The notes under the pieces are model-generated. The model made no database searches and was not told where the DNA came from. It worked only from the letters and a program-made list of their open reading frames with translations. A stretch of 64,000 nt of DNA from Bacteroidota bacterium (GTDB lineage: Bacteria > Bacteroidota > Bacteroidia > Sphingobacteriales > Sphingobacteriaceae), in contig JAZKET010000034.1 of NCBI GenBank assembly GCA_040386815.1, forward strand, positions 61,236 to 125,235, read 5' to 3'. Shown here in pieces: positions 9,852 through 18,405 of this stretch (positions within the stretch are counted from its first letter, which is position 1; every line of letters starts with the position of its first letter). Position numbers and translations under genes: made by a program.

Positions 9852-11441
9852 TCATCCCACTACAATCTCTTGTTTTACCCAAACCTGTTGTAAAAACCAT
9901 TCATCGTGCGATACCACCAACAGCGTACCCCTATAATCGGCAATGGCGGCAGTTAATATCTCTATGTTTTGCATATCAAGGTTGTTGGTAGGCTCGTCCA
10001 GTATGATCATATCTGGCGCTTGTTGGGCTATGGTAAGGCTGCACAGCATCAGGCGCATCTTTTCGCCGCCGCTTAAGGCATGGCAAGGTTTGTCCCAATC
10101 GTTCTTAGTAAATAAAAAACGATTAAGCCTTATCTTGATATCATGCTCTTGCAGTGCGCCGGTGTTATAGTGCTGCGCCTGTTGGTAAACTGTAAGGCTG
10201 TTATCTACCAGCGAATAATCCTGATCAATGTAGATAGCATTTACAGCCGCCAAATCAATACTACCCTGTTGTGATGGCATTTGCCCAAGAATCATTTTTA
10301 TCAGCGTGGTTTTGCCCGAACCATTTAAGCCCTTTATTGTTATCCTGTCGCCGCTATATATTTCAAAGCTTAAGCCTTCTTTCCAAAGCAAAACATCCCC
10401 ATAAATTACATTTACCGCATTTGCTTTAACCAAAGTTTTTCCTTTGTGCAATGCAGAGGTATCCAAATCAACTTTCATCTTATCCCCATCAGGCAAAGCA
10501 GAACGCAATTGCGAAAGCTGCTGCGATATGGCTTCAATCTTTCCGGTATGTATGCCTTTTATTTTTGAGGTACTGCGTTCGGCACTATTGCGCATAGTAT
10601 TCATCATAATAGCAGGCATGCCGGCTTTCTCCTGTTTCCTTTTGCCGCGCGCATCCAGCTTTTGCTGGCGTTCCACAGTTTCGCGTTCTACATCACGGGC
10701 CTTACGCAAGGCTTTTTCCTTGCTCTTTACATCAGCATTTAGCGCGTCGTGGGCAATAGCTTTTTGTTCGGCATAAAATTCATAATTACCGCCATATGTC
10801 GTTATCCCATTAGGTGCAAGCTCACAAACGGTAGCTAACAGGTTAAGCAAAGCGCGGTCATGACTTACCACCACCAACGTATTATTTGTATCCTTAATAT
10901 AGTTGTACAACATTTGCCGCCCCTGCCTATCCAGATGATTGCTTGGCTCATCCATCAAAACAATATCGGGCTTATGCAAATCAATGCCCGCCAAAAACAC
11001 TTTGGTTTTTTGCCCGCCACTTAGGGTGCCCATGCTTTCGTGAGGCGCCAAATCCATCAGCCCCCATTTGGCCAGGGCTGTTTGGCAACGTTCTTCAATG
11101 GTCCAATCGTCATTTAATGCGGCCATGGTTTCATCGCTTACATCGCCGTTTAAAATTTGGGCAAAGGCCTGTAATTTATCATCAATACCCAATGCCTGCG
11201 CAATAGTAACATGGTTATACTGACCAAAAATTTGTGGCACATAGTACGGCCGGGTATCGGTTTTAACCATGCCCGCAAACGGCACAAGCTCACCGGCCAT
11301 TAACTTTAAAAGCGTTGATTTTCCGGTGCCATTATTGCCTATTAAGGCTACTTTATTGTTTTTGTTGATGATGAGATCCAAACCACGGAAAAGCACATCA
11401 CGATTGGGGTGTATATAGGTAATATCCTGTAATAAAATCAT
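9852..11441 (-). CDS. ABC-F family ATPase (ribosome-associated, possibly ARE-type)
   Basis: Two ABC cassettes (GNNGTGKS, LSGGQ, DEPSNHLD, SHDR; GLNGSGKT, LSGGE, DEPTNNLD, SHDE) joined by a charged helical linker; no TM segments. Confidence 0.92.
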   Translation of the reverse strand: MILLQDITYIHPNRDVLFRGLDLIINKNNKVALIGNNGTGKSTLLKLMAGELVPFAGMVKTDTRPYYVPQIFGQYNHVTIAQALGIDDKLQAFAQILNGDVSDETMAALNDDWTIEERCQTALAKWGLMDLAPHESMGTLSGGQKTKVFLAGIDLHKPDIVLMDEPSNHLDRQGRQMLYNYIKDTNNTLVVVSHDRALLNLLATVCELAPNGITTYGGNYEFYAEQKAIAHDALNADVKSKEKALRKARDVERETVERQQKLDARGKRKQEKAGMPAIMMNTMRNSAERSTSKIKGIHTGKIEAISQQLSQLRSALPDGDKMKVDLDTSALHKGKTLVKANAVNVIYGDVLLWKEGLSFEIYSGDRITIKGLNGSGKTTLIKMILGQMPSQQGSIDLAAVNAIYIDQDYSLVDNSLTVYQQAQHYNTGALQEHDIKIRLNRFLFTKNDWDKPCHALSGGEKMRLMLCSLTIAQQAPDMIILDEPTNNLDMQNIEILTAAIADYRGTLLVVSHDEWFLQQVWVKQEIVVG

Positions 11442-11443
11442 AA

Positions 11444-11567
11444 AATTCCTTTCGGCTAAAAGGGTGAATAATAAGAGCGTTGGGGCCTGGGTGGCGGCTC
11501 ATGTTTATTATTGCCTGAAAGAAATTATTTATTACATGCGTGCGGGTTTGTTTGCGCTGCAAAAATA
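11444..11567 (-). promoter_or_regulatory. ABC-F promoter and attenuator-like leader
   Basis: -7 box TATTTTTG (11567-11560); AUG-UAA mini-ORF (11537-11532); complementary arms 11526-11517 and 11453-11444 next to the start codon. Confidence 0.55.
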
Positions 11568-11644
11568 GAAAAATTTACCGTAAGCAAACCACACAACATT
11601 TTAACTAAGCGCATATTTGGTAACTTGCATGCTGATATAAAGCT

Positions 11645-12250
11645 ATGCGCATAGGCACAAATATTTATAAAATGTTTTTTTTGTGGGGATCTCTGGTCTT
11701 CATAACAACGTCAGCATCGGCACAAAACCGCCTGCAAGAGTTTGACGACCGGATAATGATAGACCTGGCAGAGCATCGCACACCGCAGAAAACCGGGTTC
11801 ATGATGTTCATGTCAGACACTTACCGTTACGGCGATATTGGCATACCTGCGGGCCTGCTTATTGCCGGCGTAGCCACTAACGACCGCAATATGCGCGAGA
11901 ACGCGGGCTATATTGCCAGTAGCACAGCTATATCGTGGGGCCTTACCTTTTTAATAAAACATATTGTAAAACGCCCGCGCCCCTTTGTACAAAATCTAAA
12001 AATTGTCCCGGTTTATAAAGCGGGCAGTACGTCGTTCCCTTCGGGACATACATCAACAACCATCGCCACTGCTACAGCGCTTTCTATGGCCTATCCTAAA
12101 TGGTACGTTATTGCCCCGGCATTTATGTGGGCGGGTACTGTAGGGTATTCGCGTATGTATTTAGGGGTGCATTACCCTACCGATGTTGGCGCGGGTGCTT
12201 TGTTGGGTGCGGGTACTGCGTTGAGTATGTCGTTTATGCGGGTGCGGTAG
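11645..12250 (+). CDS. PAP2 family phosphatase
   Basis: KHIVKRPRP, SFPSGH, SRMYLGVHYPTDV. Confidence 0.93.
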   Translation: MRIGTNIYKMFFLWGSLVFITTSASAQNRLQEFDDRIMIDLAEHRTPQKTGFMMFMSDTYRYGDIGIPAGLLIAGVATNDRNMRENAGYIASSTAISWGLTFLIKHIVKRPRPFVQNLKIVPVYKAGSTSFPSGHTSTTIATATALSMAYPKWYVIAPAFMWAGTVGYSRMYLGVHYPTDVGAGALLGAGTALSMSFMRVR

Positions 12251-12290
12251 GTTTTGTAGTCTGAAAGTCCGAAAGAGACTTGTCGTGTAT

Positions 12291-12384
12291 TTTGTCTGAA
12301 CCTTGATTCGCAGGATTAGAGGATTACAGGATTTGAGTTGCATCACGGCAATCCTCTAATCCTGCGAATCAAGGTTCAGACAAA
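12291..12384. repeat. 35-bp perfect inverted repeat with 24-nt loop
   Basis: TTTGTCTGAACCTTGATTCGCAGGATTAGAGGATT (12291-12325) is the exact reverse complement of 12350-12384. Confidence 0.9.
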
Positions 12385-12493
12385 TCCTATCATCCTTTTA
12401 ATCCTACAGATATTAGTTTGTAATCCAATTGTATAAACACCATCATCAAACCGTCAGTAATTATTAGCACGTATATCGCTTAGTAATTTTTAA

Positions 12494-12501
12494 TAACTTT
12501 G
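12494..12501 (+). promoter_or_regulatory. Bacteroidota -7 promoter element for the GAF gene
   Basis: TAACTTTG matches TAnnTTTG, 18 nt before the ATG. Confidence 0.6.
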
Positions 12502-12519
12502 CATGCTGTTTAAATCCAT

Positions 12520-14883
12520 ATGTTCCCGCAATTCTTCGACAAACCCTTTCGTTTACAACTATCGTTCGATAAAATTATCGAGGGCTTAGAAGATACTGCC
12601 TCAAACGATAGCGGCTGGCGTAGTATGAATGCCCATTCGTTATTAGAGCAGGTTGCCAAACACCCTGAACTACGCGACGGTCTTGTTAATGAAGAGCAGG
12701 TTGCTGTTAACGAAGAACTGATTGCCGAATTACTTGCAGACCTGTTTCCGAAAGCCTTAACGCTAAACGAAATAAAGGCTGTAAGCATTCCTTTTCAAAG
12801 CCTCATTTTTAATCATACCCAACGCTTTAAAAATATTTTGAAAGATGCGGGGTCTGATTTTGAGATCAATATCCGCGATTTTGGCGATCAGCAGTTGTAT
12901 GTAATGAGCTGCTGTATCATCCTTAATGAATTTTATAACACCAGGCTTGATTTTAGCAAGCCCATGTTTTATGATATACCTACGGCTAACGGCGTTATGC
13001 GCCATTACCGCATTTTATATAATGCCGATTTTCTGGAGATTTTAGAGACCGACAATTCGCCTAAGCTAACACAGGCAGATATTGATGAGTTGATGGATAA
13101 CTTTGACGATGTTGAACTGTGGAGGCAAAAAATACCACCGGGCAGCTACCTTATAAAAGGCTTTGGCTTAATGACTTTGGTTGATGTTACTGTTGAGAGC
13201 GCGCTGTCAACCCTTAAAAGTAATTTACTGGCCAACTATTCATCGCCAGAGGTTAAAGAAAGTTTGTTGTCAATTTTTAGGTCGATATATGGTATACCCG
13301 ATATGCGCATGGGCTTTACCTTGTTTGACAAAAACGAAGAGAAGTTTTTAAACGTACGTTTCGGGCCCGATTTTCATAGCTTTTTACTGCCCTACCAAAA
13401 GGCGCACGATACAGAAAAGATCCTGTGCGATAATTCTTTTAATTGCCTGGTGCATGAGCATCATTATTTCGCGGTGTCTGATGTGGCGCGTTATGTTGAG
13501 GAAAACCCTGAAGATAACTTCGGTAAGCATTTCCTTGAACAAGGCATTATGAGTTTCATCCTTGCACCAGTAATTAAGGATGGTGTTTTATTAGGGATAC
13601 TAGAGCTGGTATCGCCACGCATACGCGAGCTGAACAGCGTTACTGCCAACAAGCTGGATATTGTAATGCCGTTTCTGGTAGATACAGTAGACCGCAAGAT
13701 GAATGAAATGCAGAACCGCGTGCGGGCTGTCATTCAAAACTACTACACCACGCTGCACCCCAGCGTTTACTGGAAATTCCGTCGCGAAGCGCAAAATTAT
13801 ATCGAGCATAACAATAACAGTTTGGCTTACACGCTAAAAGAGATCAAATTTAAAGACGTTTATCCGCTTTACGGGCAGGTTGATATCAGCGATTCCTCTC
13901 TCACCCGTAACCTGAGTGTGAGTAATGATCTGGGGAACCACATGGCACGTTTGATCCAATTGTTAAAAGAGATCAATAAGGCCGGCAATAAACCGCACGT
14001 AACGCAAATATTGTTCGACCTTACTACTTTCTCTGACGAGTTAAAGCAGAGCATACGTGCGGATACAGAGCAGTTTATACAGCATTATATTGAGGACAAG
14101 GTGCACCCGGTGCTTACCGCCGCTGCCGTAAACGCTAATTTTAAAATACAGGTAGATAATTACTTTAAACAAGCCGATAGTTTAAAGGGCGATTTCCACG
14201 CTAACCGCCGTAATTACGATAAAACACTGTCGCTGATCAATCAAAAACTGGCTGGTATTCTGGACCATCGCCAGGCCGAGATCCAGGAGTTTTACCCGCA
14301 TTATTATGAACGCTTCAAAACCGATGGGGTTGAGCACAATATGTACATTGGCGAAACTATTGCACCTGATCGGGAATTTACGTTGAAGGATCTGCACCGT
14401 TTACGCTTATGGCAAATGCGGGTAATTGCCGAAATGGAAATTGAGCAGTATGATCTGAAAAGCTTGTTGCCATATTCGTTAGGTGTAACGTCGCTGATAC
14501 TGGTTTTCAGTACGCCGATAGCTATCCGTTTCAGAATGGATGAGAAACATTTTGATGTGGACGGCGCTTACAATATCCGCTACGAAGTAATTAAAAAGCG
14601 GATTGATAAAGCTCATATTAAAGAAAGCACCGAGCGTATTACCAAGCAAGGAAAGATCACCATCATCTACTCAAAAGCCGAAGAAGAAACAGAGTACATG
14701 GGCTATATCAAAATTCTGCAAGACGAAGGCGTACTGGCCGACGATGTAGAACATTTTGAGGTAGAAGAACTACAAGGCGTAGCCGGCCTAAAAGCCTTGC
14801 GGGTTGGCCTTATCCACCATGATCAAAACCTGCTGGCGCACCGTGCCGCAAGCTATGACAAGCTGTACGATAGGATAAGTTAA
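12520..14883 (+). CDS. GAF domain protein with a putative divergent class III nucleotidyl cyclase C-terminal domain
   Basis: GAF-like segment SFILAPVIKDGVLLGILELVS. C-terminal motifs LYGQVDISDSS, RFKTDGV, KHFDVDGAYN, GKITII and ELQGV follow the cyclase order. The cyclase call is inference. Confidence 0.8.
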   Translation: MFPQFFDKPFRLQLSFDKIIEGLEDTASNDSGWRSMNAHSLLEQVAKHPELRDGLVNEEQVAVNEELIAELLADLFPKALTLNEIKAVSIPFQSLIFNHTQRFKNILKDAGSDFEINIRDFGDQQLYVMSCCIILNEFYNTRLDFSKPMFYDIPTANGVMRHYRILYNADFLEILETDNSPKLTQADIDELMDNFDDVELWRQKIPPGSYLIKGFGLMTLVDVTVESALSTLKSNLLANYSSPEVKESLLSIFRSIYGIPDMRMGFTLFDKNEEKFLNVRFGPDFHSFLLPYQKAHDTEKILCDNSFNCLVHEHHYFAVSDVARYVEENPEDNFGKHFLEQGIMSFILAPVIKDGVLLGILELVSPRIRELNSVTANKLDIVMPFLVDTVDRKMNEMQNRVRAVIQNYYTTLHPSVYWKFRREAQNYIEHNNNSLAYTLKEIKFKDVYPLYGQVDISDSSLTRNLSVSNDLGNHMARLIQLLKEINKAGNKPHVTQILFDLTTFSDELKQSIRADTEQFIQHYIEDKVHPVLTAAAVNANFKIQVDNYFKQADSLKGDFHANRRNYDKTLSLINQKLAGILDHRQAEIQEFYPHYYERFKTDGVEHNMYIGETIAPDREFTLKDLHRLRLWQMRVIAEMEIEQYDLKSLLPYSLGVTSLILVFSTPIAIRFRMDEKHFDVDGAYNIRYEVIKKRIDKAHIKESTERITKQGKITIIYSKAEEETEYMGYIKILQDEGVLADDVEHFEVEELQGVAGLKALRVGLIHHDQNLLAHRAASYDKLYDRIS

Positions 14884-14897
14884 ACTCTTTACTTTGT

Positions 14898-14985
14898 TGT
14901 CATTTCGAAACGAGGAACGAGTGAGAAATCTTATCCTCGCGATTTGGCATCCGTATAAGATCTCTCGCTATGCTTCGAAATGACA
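14898..14985. repeat. Palindromic repeat TGTCATTTCGAA...GAGAAATCT...AGATCTCTC...TTCGAAATGACA
   Basis: 12-bp terminal inverted repeat plus inner arms, between convergent genes; may act as a terminator. Confidence 0.75.
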
Positions 14986-14998
14986 TTTTGTTTTAACC

Positions 14999-17536
14999 TC
15001 AAAATCTAAACCCAGCCGTGATATAAGGATACGCGCCCTCTTTTGAGAAACCAACCACACCCTGTATCAATATCAGCTGCGCCGGTAAAAAAAAGACACC
15101 ACCGCCATAACCCATGTGCCAGGTATCAGAGTTTTCGCCCGGCGACCATACACGGCCGACATCATCAAACCCAACCAGCCCAACAGTGCCCGGCAACAGG
15201 TACGACGTAAAATCAAACAGCTTTACTCTTACCTCAAAATTGTTAAAGGCCATGGTTTTTCCGGTGAAGCGCCACTGATAAAAGCCACGTAAATTGTTGT
15301 TACCGCCCAATTTTAATTGCTGATAGTACGACGCGTTACCTACAGTTGTGCCTATACCTGTACGGTTGCCAAACACCAGTTTATAATTATCGCCGGGATC
15401 ATACAGAAAGCTGAAGTCAGACTCTATCTGCCCATAATTATGCGCATCGGGGTTTAGTGATTTCATGGCGCTGAAACTGGTTGTCCATAAAATACCCGAG
15501 TGTTGCACAATGTTCTTATCGCGTGTGTCTAAAGTAAATGCGCCAACTATACCCACATTACCCTGGCCGGCAAACACATTTTCTTTCGGATGAGCAAGGT
15601 CGTAATCTTTCAAAAAACGGGTTTGGTTATCGTCCCTGTCGCCGTTGTAGTATTGGGCAGAGACACCAGCGCTTACCGTCCAGTTGTTATCATAAGTATG
15701 CCGCAAGCGGATATCGGCATTTATCAGGTTATAAACGTTGCGGTAATAACGAATGCGTTTGCCCTCTTCATTTACAAAAACGCTGTTGTTTCCCACACCA
15801 AAAAAGTTGCTTACAAAGTTTGGCCCCCGGTTGGTTATGTTTACTATCAGGTCGTTCTTTTTTACAGCTTGCTTAAACTCGCCCTCGTAATTTAACCACA
15901 ATGAGCTTACGCCAAGGCCATAGTTTGCCGTAAAACTTTGCCTAAACGCATACGGATCTTTCTTAAAACCCTGCTTTTGCCATACCAGTTTGGTGATAAG
16001 CTGTAAGCCGTAGTCTTTATTATAACTACCTAAAAACAGTGGCTGCAAAAAGTCATACTTAAAATTCTTGTTCAAGTATTTATTCACCATCGTATCCGTT
16101 GACAAACGGCGGCGGGCGAAACCGCTTTCAGGCAGGTTGTTCTTCTCATCGCTCCGGTCATAAATGTACCGGTTGCCGCGGCCGGTGATATTGCTGTCAA
16201 CCATAAAGTTGTCCTTATCATCGCCACCCACCATCCTGATCTTTATAGGCGAACTGTTTTTGCCATGCACCGCAAAATAATCTTCATTACCCTGCCCGTA
16301 CAGGCGCACTTCTTCGGTAACTTTAGGGTCGAAAGTGCGCTCGTAAATAACATTGTCGCGCTGGCCCTCTTTGTTTATTTTGGTGATGGTTACCTTAACA
16401 CTGCCATCCTGCTGGTTGGTGATGTCAAAATATTCGTGCTTATCTGTGCCCGGAATATCTACTTTATTTGATATAAAGCGGTAATACCTCATTGCTTGCC
16501 GCTTAAGCACATTACGGCGTGCAATCATTTTGCTGACGATCTCCTGTCCGCTTATTTTATAAATATTAGGCGGCATTAATTTTATCGCCCTGGTAATCAC
16601 CTCATCGGTAAGCTTGGTTTGTACAATATTGATCTGCTCTTCCCAATCTTTTTCATTCAGGCCATTTAAAAAGAAACGGTCGAAATTACGCGCGTTCAAA
16701 TTCCAGCGTCTTACAGAGCGGATATGATCTTCATAACTCTGAAATTTCGACATCAGCAAATGCCTTGACACCAGCCAGGGCATAACGCCTGATGTGCTGT
16801 AATACACCTGGTCCCTATCCCTTGGTATAGGCTCATAAACACTGCCTTTATCGGTTTTTATCTTCTCCCAGCGCCATTGATCCTCGTGGCGGTCCCAGTC
16901 GCCCAGCAGCATATCCAGCAGGCGGGCACGCAGCACCGTTTTCTGATTTACGCTGTTATCGTTATCCTCTTTTAATTTTTCGAAGGCTTTGTCGGTGTTA
17001 TCTGTTTTCTTCGCGTCAAGCGGCTCTCGTTCTTCAAACAAAAACACCTGGTTGGCAAAGTCTTTTCTAAACTCGCCCAGGGCAGGGTCATCGGGTACGA
17101 AAACAATCTCGGGATTAGCGTGCGGCACGTTCAACGCTTTTGCCAGCGGCGGTACGGTAACAGCAGCAAAAGGGTGTTCGGTAACTATCTGATCATCCAA
17201 AATAGAGGCCGCGATGGTTTTTCTCAGCGTTGGTGGCAACACGCGTTCAGGGTATTTCTGGATAGAACGCAGCACCCACTCCTGCCCGGTTTTATCTTCC
17301 AGACGTACAGATTTGGTTTGCATACCGCCGCCACGCTCTGTAGCTTTCAGTCCTCCTTTTTCTTTTGTGATACGAAACACGCGCATTTTAACCGGCGCCG
17401 CCCAAAGCTTGCGGTAACTTTCGCCACTATCATACCTGGGTTCAATAGCCACGGTAATGCTGTCGCCTTTTATCTGCGCAAACGTTTTTGCAGATATGGC
17501 CAAGAGGAAAATCAAAAGCAGGTAACGTTTTCCCAT
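14999..17536 (-). CDS. Omp85 (BamA/TamA-like) outer-membrane protein with an N-terminal atypical-kinase-like domain
   Basis: Signal peptide; GGGMQT, GDWDRHEDQ and PRDRDQ kinase-like motifs; GxGxDxF beta-repeats; barrel with LGGNNNLRGF lid-loop motif and terminal GFRF. Confidence 0.82.
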   Translation of the reverse strand: MGKRYLLLIFLLAISAKTFAQIKGDSITVAIEPRYDSGESYRKLWAAPVKMRVFRITKEKGGLKATERGGGMQTKSVRLEDKTGQEWVLRSIQKYPERVLPPTLRKTIAASILDDQIVTEHPFAAVTVPPLAKALNVPHANPEIVFVPDDPALGEFRKDFANQVFLFEEREPLDAKKTDNTDKAFEKLKEDNDNSVNQKTVLRARLLDMLLGDWDRHEDQWRWEKIKTDKGSVYEPIPRDRDQVYYSTSGVMPWLVSRHLLMSKFQSYEDHIRSVRRWNLNARNFDRFFLNGLNEKDWEEQINIVQTKLTDEVITRAIKLMPPNIYKISGQEIVSKMIARRNVLKRQAMRYYRFISNKVDIPGTDKHEYFDITNQQDGSVKVTITKINKEGQRDNVIYERTFDPKVTEEVRLYGQGNEDYFAVHGKNSSPIKIRMVGGDDKDNFMVDSNITGRGNRYIYDRSDEKNNLPESGFARRRLSTDTMVNKYLNKNFKYDFLQPLFLGSYNKDYGLQLITKLVWQKQGFKKDPYAFRQSFTANYGLGVSSLWLNYEGEFKQAVKKNDLIVNITNRGPNFVSNFFGVGNNSVFVNEEGKRIRYYRNVYNLINADIRLRHTYDNNWTVSAGVSAQYYNGDRDDNQTRFLKDYDLAHPKENVFAGQGNVGIVGAFTLDTRDKNIVQHSGILWTTSFSAMKSLNPDAHNYGQIESDFSFLYDPGDNYKLVFGNRTGIGTTVGNASYYQQLKLGGNNNLRGFYQWRFTGKTMAFNNFEVRVKLFDFTSYLLPGTVGLVGFDDVGRVWSPGENSDTWHMGYGGGVFFLPAQLILIQGVVGFSKEGAYPYITAGFRF

Positions 17537-17541
17537 AGGGG

Positions 17542-18405
17542 CTATTTTTTAAAAGTAAATTTCAACACGTTACCGGGCGTTATCTCATCCCCCTCGTTGC
17601 TGATGTATAAATTATGCTGATTATCAAAAGCCAAACCTTCCGGCTGTAAAAACAGCGCCGGATTAAGCGAATAGACCCCTTTTACTTTAAACGCGGCATC
17701 GGCTATCACCAATAATTTATTGATAGATGCTACAATGAACCACTCACCCGTACCTGGATTTTTTGCAAATGCCGAGGGGCGAAACGCGAATTTCTTTTTG
17801 TTTACCTGTGCTTCAATAGGCTTAGTGTCTATACTAAAGCCACCGGCTGGCGTAACCACGCCGTTAGCTGCCAGTTTAAACTTGTAGCCGGCCGTAGTTC
17901 GGACTTTATCGCCGCCACAATCTTTACACAATATATAAAGCAGGCCGGCTTTTTCATCGCCATACATGCTCTCATACTCGCCTTTGGGTAACAGGTCTTT
18001 TACCTCAACCACATTTGCTGCTGCTTCAGACCATACCTGGTTAAACGGAAAAATATATAGTGTGCCGTTACTCTTAAGCACTACAATCTGGTTGCCCAGT
18101 ATGGTAATATCTTCGTAATCGCCGCTTTTAGCAAAACGGCTGTATTTAGGCGTTTCTTTGCTGCCGGGTTTAAAGTAAAACACTTTCCCTTCTTCATCCT
18201 GTTCGGCAAACAGCATATCCGGCTTGCCATTATGAAATGTAATGCCCGATATCTCGGCCAACGCGTCAGACATATTGTCCTTTACCGGACTATTCAGATC
18301 ATACCCCGGCGGAGTAGGATAGGTCTTTTTTTCAAAACAAGCTATACCAGTTAACATGGCTAATACGATACAAATTATGGCTATAAATCCTTTTAAACCT
18401 TTCAT
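17542..18405 (-). CDS. SdiA-regulated/YjiK-like beta-propeller lipoprotein
   Basis: GIAC lipobox; EISGIT, AEQDEEG, DYEDIT, QPEGLAFD. Confidence 0.8.
   Translation of the reverse strand: MKGLKGFIAIICIVLAMLTGIACFEKKTYPTPPGYDLNSPVKDNMSDALAEISGITFHNGKPDMLFAEQDEEGKVFYFKPGSKETPKYSRFAKSGDYEDITILGNQIVVLKSNGTLYIFPFNQVWSEAAANVVEVKDLLPKGEYESMYGDEKAGLLYILCKDCGGDKVRTTAGYKFKLAANGVVTPAGGFSIDTKPIEAQVNKKKFAFRPSAFAKNPGTGEWFIVASINKLLVIADAAFKVKGVYSLNPALFLQPEGLAFDNQHNLYISNEGDEITPGNVLKFTFKK

Noticed and set aside
9852-11441. ABC transporter or efflux pump
   Set aside because: It has no TM domain and no adjacent permease. The tandem ABC cassettes with a linker indicate ABC-F.
12291-12384. Invertible promoter (phase variation)
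   Set aside because: Only 24 nt lie between the arms, no promoter is inside, and no recombinase is nearby.
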